In this document: positions 25,199-37,764 of the stretch, piece after piece | Layout of the letters: the number at the start of each line of letters is the position of its first letter | How positions within the stretch are numbered: position 1 is the stretch's first letter | DNA from: Malacoraja senta | Taxonomy: Eukaryota | Direction: 5' to 3' | Assembly: GCA_038087875.1 (NCBI GenBank) | Contig: CM075990.1 | Coordinates: 1,738,001 to 1,802,000 of the forward strand | Length of the DNA: 64,000 nt | Program-made: the position numbers and the translations under genes | Notes under the pieces: generated by a model | Told to the model about the DNA's origin: nothing | Seen by the model: only the letters and a program-made list of their open reading frames with translations | Database searches by the model: none

Positions 25199-26762
25199 AT
25201 ATCCTTCTCCATATCCTTCTCCATATCCTTCTCCATATCCTTCTCCATATCCCCCTCTTCCGCGGCCTCTGCCGCGTCCTCTTCCCCTGCCTCGGGAGTA
25301 ACTCCCTCGCCATCCTGTACCTCCCTTGTCCTGGTCTACTACTTGCTTTACTGCCTGCAACATAATCTTTGCCTTTCCCTTCTGTTTTTCCTCATCCCTC
25401 CGCACGTACACTTTCTGGGCCTCCGTAAGCAACTGAGGCAGTAGTTTCTCATTCCAATCATCCATCTTTCTAACTTCTTCCTTACATCAGGCCAGGATTT
25501 GGTCACGAAATTGGCCCTGAGCAGTTGTTTTCCTGCCTCTGAGTCCGGATCTATTCCGGAATATTGTTGCATGTTCTTCCTGAGTCTTTGAAGGAACGCT
25601 GTCGGGGCCTCGTCTTTTCTGCTGTCCATTTCAAATGCTCGTTCAAAATTCTGTCCTTTGGGTACTGCCTCTCTTATCCCTTTTATAATTATATCCCGCA
25701 GGTCCTTCATATTCTCTCGCCCTGCTGCTGTTCCCTTGTCCCAATCTGGCTCTTGTACTGGGAATTTATCTGCCGCCGCCGCATTTTGCTGCCCTGGCGG
25801 GTTCTCCTGTTCCCACTTTTTCATTGCCGCTGCCCTAATCATTTGCCTCTCCTCTGATGTGAAGAGATTCCCCATAATGGCCATCAACTTATCCCATGTA
25901 TAAGTGTTTGGCCCAAGGAATTGATCTAACTGTTCCGCCAGACCTAAAGGATCTTCAAGGAGGCTTTTCATCTCCTTCTTGAAGTTCCTTACCTCGGTAC
26001 TGGTTAAGGGGACATTAACAAATCCCATTCCCCCGTGGGGTCCTCCCATGGGTACCTCCTCAGGGGTCTAATTTTTATCGGTCTTTTTCTTACTCTGACC
26101 GACCTCCTGACTCCCTCTCCCGGTGGCGGGTGATTTAATTCATCTACCCCAGCCGCCTCCTGTCTTTCCATCTCCTTCTCGTCCTCACTCCTGGGGTCCG
26201 GTGGTTCACTGTCGGTGTCATCACCATCAGTAACTTCATTATTAGGTTCTTGTTTTACCCTGACCTTTCTCCTTTCCACCTGAGCAGGTCCGGGTGTCAC
26301 CTCTACCACCGCCGCCGCAAGTGGAGGCGGGGGTGGGATCGGTGGCGCTACTCTGGGTGGTGGGTGTACATAGGGAGGAGGTAGGTTCTCCAGTATATCC
26401 CATGGGGGTGAAGAGGGGCTTGACTGTTCAGCCTCTTCTTTTAATTTTAACAGATTACATCCCGTCTCCCCATGGTTTCTTCTATCAACAGGTTGGGTTT
26501 ATTATTCACATATACATTCAATGCCTGCCGCACCCAATCCTCATCTGACCCATCCTTCGGCCACCCGACCGAGTCTCCTTTGATCGGGTGTTTTGGCCAC
26601 TCGAAATAACAGAATCAAATCATTTTTGTCTTGTCCAATCCCTGGGTATTTCCCTGCCCCCAGAGGCTCAGCATTCGCCCCCAACGGACTATCAGGCAGA
26701 ATGCGGGGGTCGGGCTTACCGCCCTTCCCCTCCCTTTTGGGCTTTCCGTTTTCATTGCCCAT
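25199..26762 (-). pseudogene. gag: Endogenous retrovirus gag (gamma/epsilon-like), frameshifted, runs into the gap
   Basis: Start MGNENGK (Gly2); PPPY late domain at 26370-26381; capsid VPLTSTEVRNFKKEM...FLGPNTYTW and MHR-like KDEAPTAFLQRL; RG-rich tail and (YGEG)n. Confidence 0.85.
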
Positions 26763-27025
26763 CCTCCTGATCGGAATTTCCCTCCGATCTATTTAATCGC
26801 CCGAGTAGTACTTAATAGTCAGTTTTCTTACCTGGGTCTTGTGCACAAGAATCACTCGATTTGGCTCCTCGCGATTTCCAACTACTCCCACTTGTTTCTC
26901 GAATCTCTGGTCTGGGATATCACTCGCTCAAACCGCTGACGGCAAGCAAGGGGTCCAGGGCCGCTGAATCAGCGGGGTGCACCGTCCCTTCTTCCGTATA
27001 CCGCCGCCAGCCAGCCGGAGTGGCG

Positions 27026-27044
27026 ATCCCAAGACGAGCCCCCA
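27026..27044 (-). promoter_or_regulatory. Primer-binding site, tRNA-Pro type
   Basis: TGGGGGCTCGTCTTGGGAT, 4 nt from the LTR; the MLV Pro PBS is TGGGGGCTCGTCCGGGAT. Confidence 0.85.
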
Positions 27045-27048
27045 AGCT

Positions 27049-27547
27049 TGTGAGATGCAAAAAGTGAGTGCTCACAATCACGATGCTAGAGAAATTAGAG
27101 AAACAAGTTTATTTATTAGCAAGTCTGCAGAGTCGGGTGCCTCCCCTGTCGAGACACACCAAGGTCGGGAAGTCACCCTCTTTTATTCATATCATTGTAC
27201 ATTTGTTACACTTTTATTCCTCCCCTTCGGGCTCCTTTCAAATCAGAGCACTGAGGTGCACACTCTACCGTACCGCCCCCGGTGCCTCCCACATCATACA
27301 TCGCATGTGCATTTAAATGAGACATCTTGTCATGATGGGCGTGTTTGCAATATTCATTTATCTCATTACGCAAGCGCACTATAGAGTTGTTCATGCCCTT
27401 TACCCCAATTCTTGCTTGGCTGTTGCTATCTCCTGTTTCTCATCCTTGAAATGTCACCAGTTGTTCTTACGGCTAAGCTCATCTACTCTCTACTATACAA
27501 AGGGTTCTTAGTCTAAATCAACTATACCTATTAACCCCTTCCTCACA
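27049..27547 (-). mobile_element. ERV 5' LTR (499 bp)
   Basis: Inverted termini TGTGAG...CTCACA; AATAAA on the minus strand near 27110; followed by PBS, splice donor CAGGTAAG (26827-26834) and gag. Confidence 0.85.
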
Positions 27548-28793
27548 GGAATGCTCAGTTGGGTTCAGATAGGGTGATTGACGGCCATTCAAGAATTGAG
27601 CATTTTTTAGCTTTGAAAAACTCCTTTGTTGCTTTAGCAGTATGTTTGGGATCGTTGTCTTGCTGTAGAACGAACCTACGCCAAATGAGTTTGAGGCATT
27701 TGTTTGAACTTGAGCAGATAGGATGTGTCTATGCACTTCAGAATTCATTATGCTACTACCATCAGCAGTTGTATCATAAATGAAGATAAGTGAGCCAGTA
27801 CCTTCGGCAGTCATACATGCCCAGGCCATAACATTCCCAGCTGTTTCATATTGTTGCAGCTAACCAGTGGTTTGCATCTTGAAGTGCAGCCTCTGTATTT
27901 ATGTTCATGAGGTCTTCTGCGGACAGTGGTCATTGACAAATCCACACTTTGGGGATTTTTCTTTATTATAGAGATATTCTTCTGTCATCAGCTGTGGATG
28001 TTTTCGTTGGCGATTAGAAAGCTTACAACTGCTCTCTTTCTTCTCAATAATGCTTTTAATAATACTACGTGTAAAAATGGCCTTTAATAAAATCTGACAA
28101 TAGACAATAGACAATAGGTGCAGGAGTAGGGCATACGGACCTTCAAGCCAGCACTGCCATTCAATGTGATCATAGCTGATCATCCACAATCAGTACCCCG
28201 TTCCTGCCTTCTCCCCATATCCCCTGACTCCGCTATCTTCAAGAACCATTACTAGCTCTCTCTTAAAAGTTTCCAGAGTACTGGCCTCCACCGCCCTCTG
28301 AGGCAGAGAATTCCACAGACTCACAACTCTGTGTGAAAAAGAGTTTCCTCATCTCCGTTCTAAATGCTTACCCCTTATTCTTAAACTGTGGCCCCTGGTT
28401 CTGGACTCCCCCAACACCGGGAACATGTTTCCTGCCTCTACCCTGTCCAAACCCTTAATAATCTTATATGTTCCATTAAGATTCCCTCTCATCCTTCTAA
28501 ACTCCAGTTTACACGCACAATCGCTGCATTTTCTCAGCATATGACAGTCCCGCCATCCTGGGAAATAACTTTTATAACCACCTAGGGTCTAGTGGAGTCA
28601 AGGGATATGGGGAGAAGGCAGGCACGGGTTATTGATAGGGGACGATCAGCCATGATCACAATGAATGGCGGTGCTGGCTTGAAGGGACGAATGGCCTCCT
28701 CCTGCACCTATTTTCTATTTCTATATGTGCACTTTAACCACATGTGTTTTTTTCTATTACAAATCTTTGTCCCAAACATTATGGAGGGCACTT
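27548..28793 (-). mobile_element. Tc1 transposon remnant interrupted by CR1 pieces
   Basis: Transposase MAWACMTAEGTGSLIFI...[13 protein letters not shown] ...tgtcccaaacattatggagggcactt|TA at 28793. Confidence 0.75.
28095..28725. mobile_element. Two CR1 3' ends, 28095-28575 (-) and about 28590-28725 (+)
   Basis: LEFRRMRGNL...RTRGHSL; tails agacaat and ctatttct. Confidence 0.8.
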
Positions 28794-29936
28794 TATATTG
28801 TTCATTGCTGCGGAGAGAGGGGATAGGATGGTGTGAATATCTGAGAAAGAGAGAGAGAGAAGAGAGAGAGAGGGGTGGAAGGAGAGAGACGGGGTGAGGG
28901 AGGGCACCAACACAACCCACTAGCGCACTCACCAATGCATGCTGATACACGCTTATTTGCACAATATTTGATACATACGTTTGCACGCCCATGCGCAATC
29001 ACGTGTGGACTCTCATCGGCACACCAGTGTGCACTCAATGATGTGGAAATACACCCCAGTTACACACTCACCGACACAACAATGCACAGGCTCTAGGACA
29101 CACATTTGCACACTCAGACACACCTACTGACACAGACTAACTCTCACGGAAGGGAGGGAATGGGGGAGGGAGGGTGCACACTGACAGGTTTCCAGTATTC
29201 CCGTGTTCACTGGATTAATGAGTGTGCAAGGGTGAGCGTGCACCGTTGCCGGCGTAGTGGTGAGCAGGCGTGGCCTTTGCACCAATACGCAGCACGGAGG
29301 GAGCATGCGGCATCGGAGCTTTGAATTGGTGCGTCTGCAACCATGCACCAGAGCATTGCAATATCGAGCATGCACCGCTGCCCTGCACAAGCGACCGTGT
29401 ACCGCTGCCCAAATGCATCGAAGAACATGCACTGCTGAGTGTGCATCGGTGCTTTGCATTCGGTGTGTGTGCATACACGACAGTGCAATGGCGTATTACA
29501 ATGCCGAGAATGCATTGCTGCTTTGCACCAATCGCCGTGCACCGGCGCCTCAATGCACGGTAGAAGATGCATTGGTGCGTTGCATCGGCCAGTGTGCGAG
29601 TGTGCGCGCACCGTTGCATCGCCCCCGCCCGCCCAGCGCGCTGTTTGTGGAAGGCACTTTTCGGCGCCAGCATCAAATATGGCGGAGTCTGGGAAGGTTA
29701 GGCCAGCATCAAAGATGGCGGCATCTGCTCAGGCTAGACGAGAGCAAAGATACTAGAGGAGCTCTGCTCTATAATCTTTGGACCAGAGTGCGCTGCTTCA
29801 AAGCCCCCCTGGGTTCCCCCAGAGCTCTGTCTGTCTGTGTAGGCTTTAAGTGCATTATCGTCAGGTGCAGTGAGGTACAGTGAAAAGCTTTGCTGTGTGT
29901 GCTAAGCAGAGAGATCAGACATTACTGAACGTAATA

Positions 29937-32900
29937 CAGTGCTCTCCATAATGTTTGGGACTAAGATTTTGGCGGATGTAAGAACGGCAACCAAGTTTTT
30001 GTGAACTTATTTATTTCAGAAATAACTCTTTGGTTTACAGGTCCTCACAAACACGTCTGACCACAACGGTGAGTGTGCGTGTGTTTGCTGACCACAACTG
30101 TGGCTCGAAACCGCGCGAAAACAGCAGCCCCTCCCGAGTCACGTGACCGCGGCTTCCGAACGTCGGGTTCGATACCTGCGTGCGCCAGCAGACGCCGCTA
30201 CATGCCCCCCCCAGAATCCGCGGTATGGAAACGCACGGGTAACCGGACGGTTCGACCGGAACGCGTAGGCCGAGGTCGCGGGGCGATTGTAACAGTAGGG
30301 GCCGGCAAAACAGAACCGGAGGGACGCGACAAACGCAAATGAGGAACGGGCATAACAGAGGGGACCGGTGAAACATAACCAGGGGTAACAGGTGCAGCGG
30401 GCGGCAAAACGGCCGGCGGACGCCCTCTACGCCGCGGAGTGGCCACCGCCACCGGCTATCCTCGTCGACATGGACTGGCTTAAGGCGGCCGACGGAGACG
30501 AACTCCTCCCTGCCACCCATGTCCAACGTGAACGTCGAGGTACCAAACCTCAGCACCCTGTACGGACCTTCGTACACCCGCTGTAACGGCGAGCGGTGAG
30601 CATCCCTACGAAGGAAAACATAAGCACAATCCCGTAACATTGTAGGCACATGCACCGCAGACGACCCGTGTCGGGAAGTGGGAACCGGGACCAACGCCCG
30701 CGCTCGCTCGCGAAGGTCAGCTAACACCACCGAAGCCGGGACCTCCTGATCGCGGGGAACGGGCAGAAAATTCCCAGGTACCCGCAGAACCGAGCCATAA
30801 ACCAGCTCGGCCGAGGCGGCGTCGAGGTCTTCCTTAGGCGTAGTTCTGATGCCTAGGAAAACCCAGGGTAACTGGTCAACCCAATCGGGGCCGGTGAACC
30901 GGGCCGTCAACGCCGACTTAAGGTGTCTGTGGAACCGCTCGACTAAACCGTTCGACTCCGGATGATACGCGGTGGTCTGGTGCAGCTTCGCGCCGTACAG
31001 CTGCCCCATACCATACCACAGGATGGACGTGAACTGGGCCCCTCGATCAGTGGTAATATTGGAAGGGACCCCGAAACGAGCGATCCTATTGGAGACAATA
31101 GCGCGTGCACAAGCCTCAGCGGAGGTATCGGTCAACAGCATTGCCTCTGCCCACCTAGTGAACCTATCTACGATGGTTAGCAAGTGAGTAGCCCCACGCG
31201 AACACGGCAAAGGACCCACCAGGTCGACATGGATGTGCAGGAACCTGCCGTGTGGAACAGTGAAATCCTGTACGGGCGGGCGTACATGCCTCTGTACCTT
31301 GGAAGTCTGACAGAGGATACAAGCGCGGGCCCATGCTGCGACCTGCTTTCGTAACCCGTGCCAGACGAACTTGGACGCGACCAGGGCAGAGGTGGCGGGA
31401 ATGGACGGGTGAGCTAGGCTGTGGATGGCGTCGAAAATCCGACGCCTCCAGGCAATCGGGACAATCGGGCGGGCTTTGCCCTTCAAGACATCGCAAAGGA
31501 CCCGCATGCCGGCGGTGCCGCAAGGTACCTCAGCCAATTTAAGGCCCGACTCAGCATTGCGGTAATCCCCCATGCCGACATTAGCCCGTTGGGCAGCAGC
31601 CAGCTCCGCATAGTCCACACCTAGGTTTAAAGCGGAAACCTCAGGGGCTGCCGGACGGGACAACGCGTTGGCCACAACGTTCAGCTTCCCCGCCACATGC
31701 CGAATATCAGATATGAATTCGGATATGTAGGCGAGGTGCAGCAGTTGCCTGACGGCCCAGGGATCGGACACCTTGGTCAAAGCGAACATGAGTAGCTTGT
31801 GGTCCGTGAATGCGGTAAACGCATGGCCCTCCAGGAAATAATGGAAATAGCGGATCGCTAGGTAAAGCGTGAGGAGCTCCCGATCGAAAGCGCTGCACTT
31901 GATCTCCGGGGCCCGCAGCTGCCTGCTGAAAATGGCAGCGGCAGCTAGCGGCTACCTACCCGCTGCTCGAGGACAGCACCCACCACGACGTCAGATGCGT
32001 CCACGTTGAGGGCTGTTAGAGCCGATGCCCTAGGGCGTATCAGCATGGTGGCGTTGGCCGACGCGGTCTTAGCCCCCTCGAAAGCTATCCCAGCCTCCTT
32101 GGACCAAACCAGGTCCTGCTAGACACTGGAACAACGGCCGCATCATGGCAGCTGCTGACGGGACGAATCGGTGGTAGAAATTTACCATTCCGATGAATTC
32201 TAGCAGGCCCTTGACGGATAGTGGCCTCGGGAAGCGACGGATTGTGTCGACCTTCTCAGGCAGCGGCTGCGCGCCATGGCAGGTAATGCTGTGACCTAAA
32301 AAGGAGTTGGAGAGCAATCCGAACTGGCACTTCGCAGGGTTGATCACCAACCCGTGCTTAGAAGAGCAGGCGGAGGTGTTTAACGTGTTCAGCCTGCGAT
32401 CAGTCAGCTGGCCACCAGAATATCATCGAGATAGATGAATATGAATGGCAAACCGTGCCCGACCTGATCCATTAACCTTTGGAACGCTTGAGCGGCGTTC
32501 TTCAGGCCAAAAGGCATTCTTAGCCATTCAAAAAGGCCGAAAGGGGTGATGGTGGCCGTCTTAGGGACGTTGCCGGGATGGACCGGAATCTGACTATACC
32601 TGCGAACAAGGTCGACCTTCGAGAAGAAGGCGGCGCCCTCCAAATGAGCCGAGAAATCTTGGATGTTAGGGACTGGGTACCGATCTGCCGTGGTCACGGC
32701 GTTGAGACGCCTGTAATCACCGCAAGGTCTCCAACCCCCGGATGCTTTGGGCACCATGTGCAGCGGGGAAGCCCAAGGGCGATCCAACTGCCAGATAATC
32801 CGCACGTCCTCCATAAACTGGAACTCATCTCGTGCGATGCGCAGTTTATTAGGCGGGAAGCGGCGTGCGCGGGTTTGAACCGGTGAGCCCTCAGTGGGAA

Positions 32901-34460
32901 TGTGGTGGACCACACCATGGCCTCGTCGAACCAGGGCGTGAGCAACCCTGGGAATTCAGCGAGAAGGGCTGCGAAAGGTTGCTGGATCTCAGCTACCTCG
33001 TCGAGTTGCTGTTGGGGCGTGAACGGGTTACGTGGCTTGACAGGGCACAGGTCCGACACTGGAACCATTCGCCCGCCTCACACATCGACAAGCAGGGAGA
33101 ACGCGCGCAAGAAATCGGCCCCCAATATCGGCTGGGTGACGTCAGCAACGGTGCACATCCACCTATATGGGTGGGAGTCAAAATTTAAGTCCAGGGTCCG
33201 CGTACCATAAGTGCGAATGTCGCTTCCATTGACAGCCGAGAGGACGGGTCCTACCTTACCGACGCGGGTATCTCGGGCAGTCGGTGGCAGGATGCTGGCT
33301 ATGGCACCGGAGTCGACCAGGAAACGGTGGCCGGAGTGGCTATCATGGACGTAGAGGCATTCGTTTGGGCCGACGGCGTTCGCCTCTATGGGCGATCGGC
33401 CGAGTCATTTCTCTGAAACGAACAGGGGCTTCGGCAGCTTCGGGCTTCCACGCCGTAGCGGAGATGGTAGTAGCACCAACGTCGTCGGCTGTACACCTCC
33501 GGCAGCGGCGATGCTTCTTCAGCGCTGGGCTGGTCCTGCTCTTCCTCCCGATGTCGTCTCGGTTGCACCCGCGCCTTGGCAGTGGGGCGGCTGAAAGCGC
33601 AAACGTCCCACCGACTGTGGGTTGTGGGTCCACAACTCATCAGCTCTCTCTGAGGTGCTGGGGATCGCTGACATCACCCCCGGCGAGCATCAGACGGACT
33701 TTGGCAGAGACCGAAGGTATGGAGCAGCAGGGCCTTCAAACCATTGTATTTTGTGATCATCGGCGGGTCTCTGATGTATGGCAACAGCCTCGAGGCACAG
33801 TCCTGTGGCAGAGCTCCTACCACATGAAAGTACATCGTGTCGTCTGCAATAAAGCGGTGCAGATGGAACTGTGCCTCAACGTGGGCGAACCACACCTGAG
33901 TTTGGTCTGGCCAAAATGAATGTAATTTGAAGCCCGGTGAGCCCTGCCTCGTGCCGGCCAATTCTGCGGGAACGTAGTCCTCCTACATGATCTTCTTTGT
34001 CTAACGACGGCTAGACAGGTCGGGGTCACCAATTTGGCGGATGTAAGAACGGCAACCAAGTTTTTGTGAACTTATTTATTCTAGAAATAACTCTTTGGTT
34101 TACAGGTCCTCACAAACACGTCTGACTACAACGGTGGTCAGCTACACAACTGTGGCGCAAAAGCGAAACTGCGCGAAAACAGCAGCCCCTCCCAAGTCAC
34201 GTGACCGCGGCTTCCGAACACCGGGTTCGATACTTTCGTGCGCCAGCAGGCGCCGCTACAAGATCCTATTTGTCTCTGTACTCAACAATTTCAGATCTGT
34301 AATAGAAAAAAAATCACATGTGATTAAAGTGCACATTGTCAGATTTTAATAAAGGCCATTTTTATACATTTTTGTTTCACCATGTAGAAATTACGGCAGT
34401 GTTTATGCATAGTCCCATTTCAGGGCTCAATATTTTTTGGTACACAGCAATGTCATGTAA
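29937..34460. mobile_element. Tc1-family terminal segment split by the Gypsy insertion
   Basis: TA|cagtgctctccataatgtttgggac at 29937 is the same TIR as at 28793; sequence resumes at 34261. Confidence 0.7.
29968..34260 (-). mobile_element. Full-length Ty3/Gypsy LTR retrotransposon, frameshifted
   Basis: LTRs 34033-34260 and 29968-30202; TSD AGAT; tRNA-Trp PBS TGGTGACCCCGAC (34019-34031); PPT at 30203-30215; gag [28 protein letters not shown]; integrase HHCC, DDE and GPY motifs. Confidence 0.95.
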
Positions 34461-34679
34461 ATTCAGGGCTGCCAACTCACGCTTTGAGCATGAGAATCAC
34501 GCATTTGGCCAAATTCTCACGCTCTCACGCTGATCACAAATTTCTCACGCTCTGTCGAAATTCTGTGATCAACGAAAATTTCAAAAGTCATATCAAGTGC
34601 ATGGGCCGCGGGTGTTGGAGAGCCGGGGCTGAGGGAGGGATGGAAGCAGAAGCAGCAGCGGGGACAGATGCGGACGGGG

Positions 34680-34772
34680 AGCCGGGGCTGGCAAGTGTTT
34701 GCCAGGCTGGCTAGTGTTTACCGAGCTGGAGAGTGTTTGCCGGGCTGGCGAATGTTTGCCGGGCTGGCGAGT
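34680..34772 (+). repeat. ~21-bp tandem repeat (tgtttgccgggctggcga), about 4 copies
   Basis: Direct inspection. Confidence 0.7.
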
Positions 34773-35444
34773 CGCTCGCTGCAGCACCTGCCATGGAGCA
34801 GCCGCAGTGCAAGAGTCCCGGGCCGTCGGAGGCATCGGAAGCATTGCGCCTCTGCCGTGAGAGTCTTTGTGCCGAATTCGCCCTGGTTTCTGGTCGTGAT
34901 CCTTCGAAGAGTCTCTACCCGAAACCTTTAGAAGGGTCACGACCCGAAACGTCACCCATTCCTTCTCTCCAGAGATGCTGCCTGTCCCGCTGAGTTGCTC
35001 CAGCATATTGTGTCTCTCTTCGGTTTAAACCAGCATCTGCAGTTCCTTCTCACACAATGAGACCCAACAAGACGACTTTGCAGCTAGTACCAGGTAGCAG
35101 CCGGGTGGGGGAGGGACGGAGGGAGAGGGGATGTTAAAGAAATCGATATTCATACTCATTCGGGGAAATTAGTTGATACCTGTCTTTAAATTGATATTTT
35201 GTTCTTCTTTAAATGGAAGTCTTGGATTCATGTATCGCGGGAATAAATAAGCAAAGGCAAGATGGTAAATATAAACTACAAATTAACTTCAGAAAATGAA
35301 ACTAGTAGAGATGAACTTTGCCCTTCACTTTACAAAGAATAACCTCAGGGATTATGCAGTAAATGTCATTCAAATACTCTGCAACCTTGGGATAATATTG
35401 TTCATGTTCAAATCGATAGGTAAGTCTTGATTTGTTCAATATTA

Positions 35445-35715
35445 TAATTAGTTCAAAGATACAGCATGGAAACAGGCCCTTCGGCCCCTCGAGTCTGTGC
35501 TGACCATCGATCACCCGTTCACACTGGTTCTATGTTATCCCACTTTCTCCTCCACTCCCTACACACTAGGCAATTTACAGACGGCCAATTAACCTACAAA
35601 TCCGCACGTCTTTGGGATGTGGGAGGAAACCCACGCGGTCACAGGGAGAATGTGCAAACTCCACACAGACAGCACCCGAGACCAGGATTGAACCCGGGTC
35701 TCCAGCGCTGTGGGG
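35445..35715 (-). mobile_element. tRNA-derived V-SINE (HE1-like) with CR1-type tail
   Basis: B-box GGTTCAATCC followed by V-domain GTGTGGAGTTTGCACATTCTCCCTGTGACCGCGTGGGTTTCCTCC. Confidence 0.75.
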
Positions 35716-36627
35716 CATTAATTGTAATGCGAATAATTGGGCCTCCGCTGATATGCCGGGATGATTACCCAATATTACTGACTATTAATCCATTGTATTA
35801 TTGATTATATATGTTGCGCCCGTTCTCCTTTATCTGTACATTGTGAGCGGCTTGCTTGCATTTACCGGATAGCACGCAACAAAAGCTTTTCCCTGTACCT
35901 CGCTACAGGTAGCAACAGTAAACTAAATCAATCTATTTACATGTATCTATGTGTTGTTGCTTTAACCGGCCTGTTAAGGTGCAGCAACTGAGATTGTCAT
36001 TGTTCTGATGTCGCTGCACACGACAGCTAAACATTCGTCTCTTCATTCTACACTTGAAATGATCACAATGACATTTAAATGGCATTTGGACAGGTACACG
36101 TGCAGGAAGGAACTGCAGATGCTGGTTTAAACCGATAGACACAAAGTGCTGGAGTAACTCAGCGGGTCAGGCAGCATCTCTGGAGGGAAGGAATGGGTGA
36201 TGATTCGGGTCGAGACTCTTCTTCAGACTGAAGGTCTGGTTAATTGGCTTGGTATAAGTGTAAAGTCCCAGTGTGTGTAGGATAGTGTTAATGTGTTGGG
36301 GTTGCTGGTCGGTGCGGACTCGGTGGGCCGAAGGGCCTGTTTCCGTGGTGTATCTCTAAACTGAGCCCTGTCCGGCTAGCAGGGCTGTGTAGGGCCGAGT
36401 GCCGGGACACGGTGACAACTGGCTCTGATCTCCACAAAGTCAATCACATATAGAGCAGCGCTGCAGATCAATGGGCCTCTGGTGCTTGGAGTCAGTCCAC
36501 AGACACAGAGAGGAAATTGGATGTTACTCCGGCTTTTTGCGTCTATCAGTGACTTGAAGAGAGGGCTGGACAACGAGTGACGCAGCTGGTCGCGGCTCCC
36601 CTGATCTACGCTATTCTCACGCACTTA

Positions 36628-36792
36628 TGGGCCTGTCCCATTGAGGCGACTCTTTAGGCGACTGTCAGGGACTAGTTTTACTAGCATTCACCTACAACAC
36701 CTCGCGACAACCTACGACAGCCTCCGACAGCAATAATTGTTGCCCCTGTCGCTTGTAGTCACCCAAAAGATCGCCTAAGTGCGACAGGCCCT
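36628..36792. mobile_element. Harbinger-like MITE
   Basis: Same TIRs as 3896-6180 (gggcctgtccca / gcgacaggccct); TTA on the left, TCA on the right. Confidence 0.7.
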
Positions 36793-36944
36793 TCAGGCTG
36801 TGGCTCGGTGTATCCTGGAGGACAACCAGTGGCTGCTGGTAGTAGGTACCCAGCACTGGGTAGAAATGGTGGAAGATAGTGGCCTTCAAATGGGGGTGGT
36901 TGGAGAAAGCATCCTGCTTGCCTGCTAGATTTTCAATGACTGTA

Positions 36945-37290
36945 ACTGCAGGAAAAATGTTACCAATGTTGGGGGAGTTCTGAACCAGGGGTCTCAGATT
37001 AAGAATAAAGGGTAGGCCAGTTAAGACTGAGATGAGGACAAACTTTCTTCACCCAAAGAGTTGTGAATCTGTGGAATTCTCTGCCACAGAAGGCAGTGGA
37101 AGCCAATTCACTGGATGTTTTCAAGTGAGTTACATTTAGCTCTTGGGGCTCGCGAAATCAAGGGATATGGGGAAAAAACAGAAAAGAGGTACTGATTTTA
37201 GATGAACAGCCATGATTATATTGAATGGCAGTGCTGGCTCGAAGGGTCGAATAGCCTATTCCTGCACCTATTTTCTATGTTTCTATGCTT
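36945..37290 (+). mobile_element. CR1 3' end fragment
   Basis: CR1 3' UTR and (ttctatgt) tail. Confidence 0.8.
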
Positions 37291-37764
37291 GAGTATATGG
37301 CAATAAAACTCGACCACTTGATTTTGAAGCATTCATGCAAGGTGGAGGTATAATGTAGTCATAGAGTGATACAGTGTGTAAACAGGCCCTTCAGCACAAT
37401 TTGCCCACACCCGCCAACATGTCCCAGCTACACTACCTGCTTTTGGTCCATATCCCTCCAAACTTGTCCTATCCATGAATCAGTCTAACTGTTTCTTAGA
37501 TGTTGGGATAGTCCCTGCCTCAACTACCTCCTCTGCCAGCTTGTTCCATACACCCACCAGCCTTTGTGTGGAAAAAGTTACCCCTCAAAAAGTTACCTCT
37601 TAAAAATACTTCAAACAAAAAACATTGAAATCATACTTCTACATTGCACTAAAACATGATGTTAATACATCAAATTTCAAAATGTCCCTACTGTGGGAGG
37701 GGAGACTGAAGATTCAAAGTTTAATATAATAATTCTGCTGATACTGACTCCAACCAACCACGTT

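Noticed and set aside
24817..25465. ORFs spanning the N gap (also 61816-62202)
   Set aside because: Artefacts of N runs; the short frame left of the first gap could not be assigned to env.
29106..29883. Multiple Cys/His/Ala-rich ORFs
   Set aside because: Arise from tgca/gcac-rich sequence open in many frames; no recognisable domain.
28796..29934. Composite Tc1 transposon capturing this segment
   Set aside because: The two TIRs face outward and belong to two separate elements.
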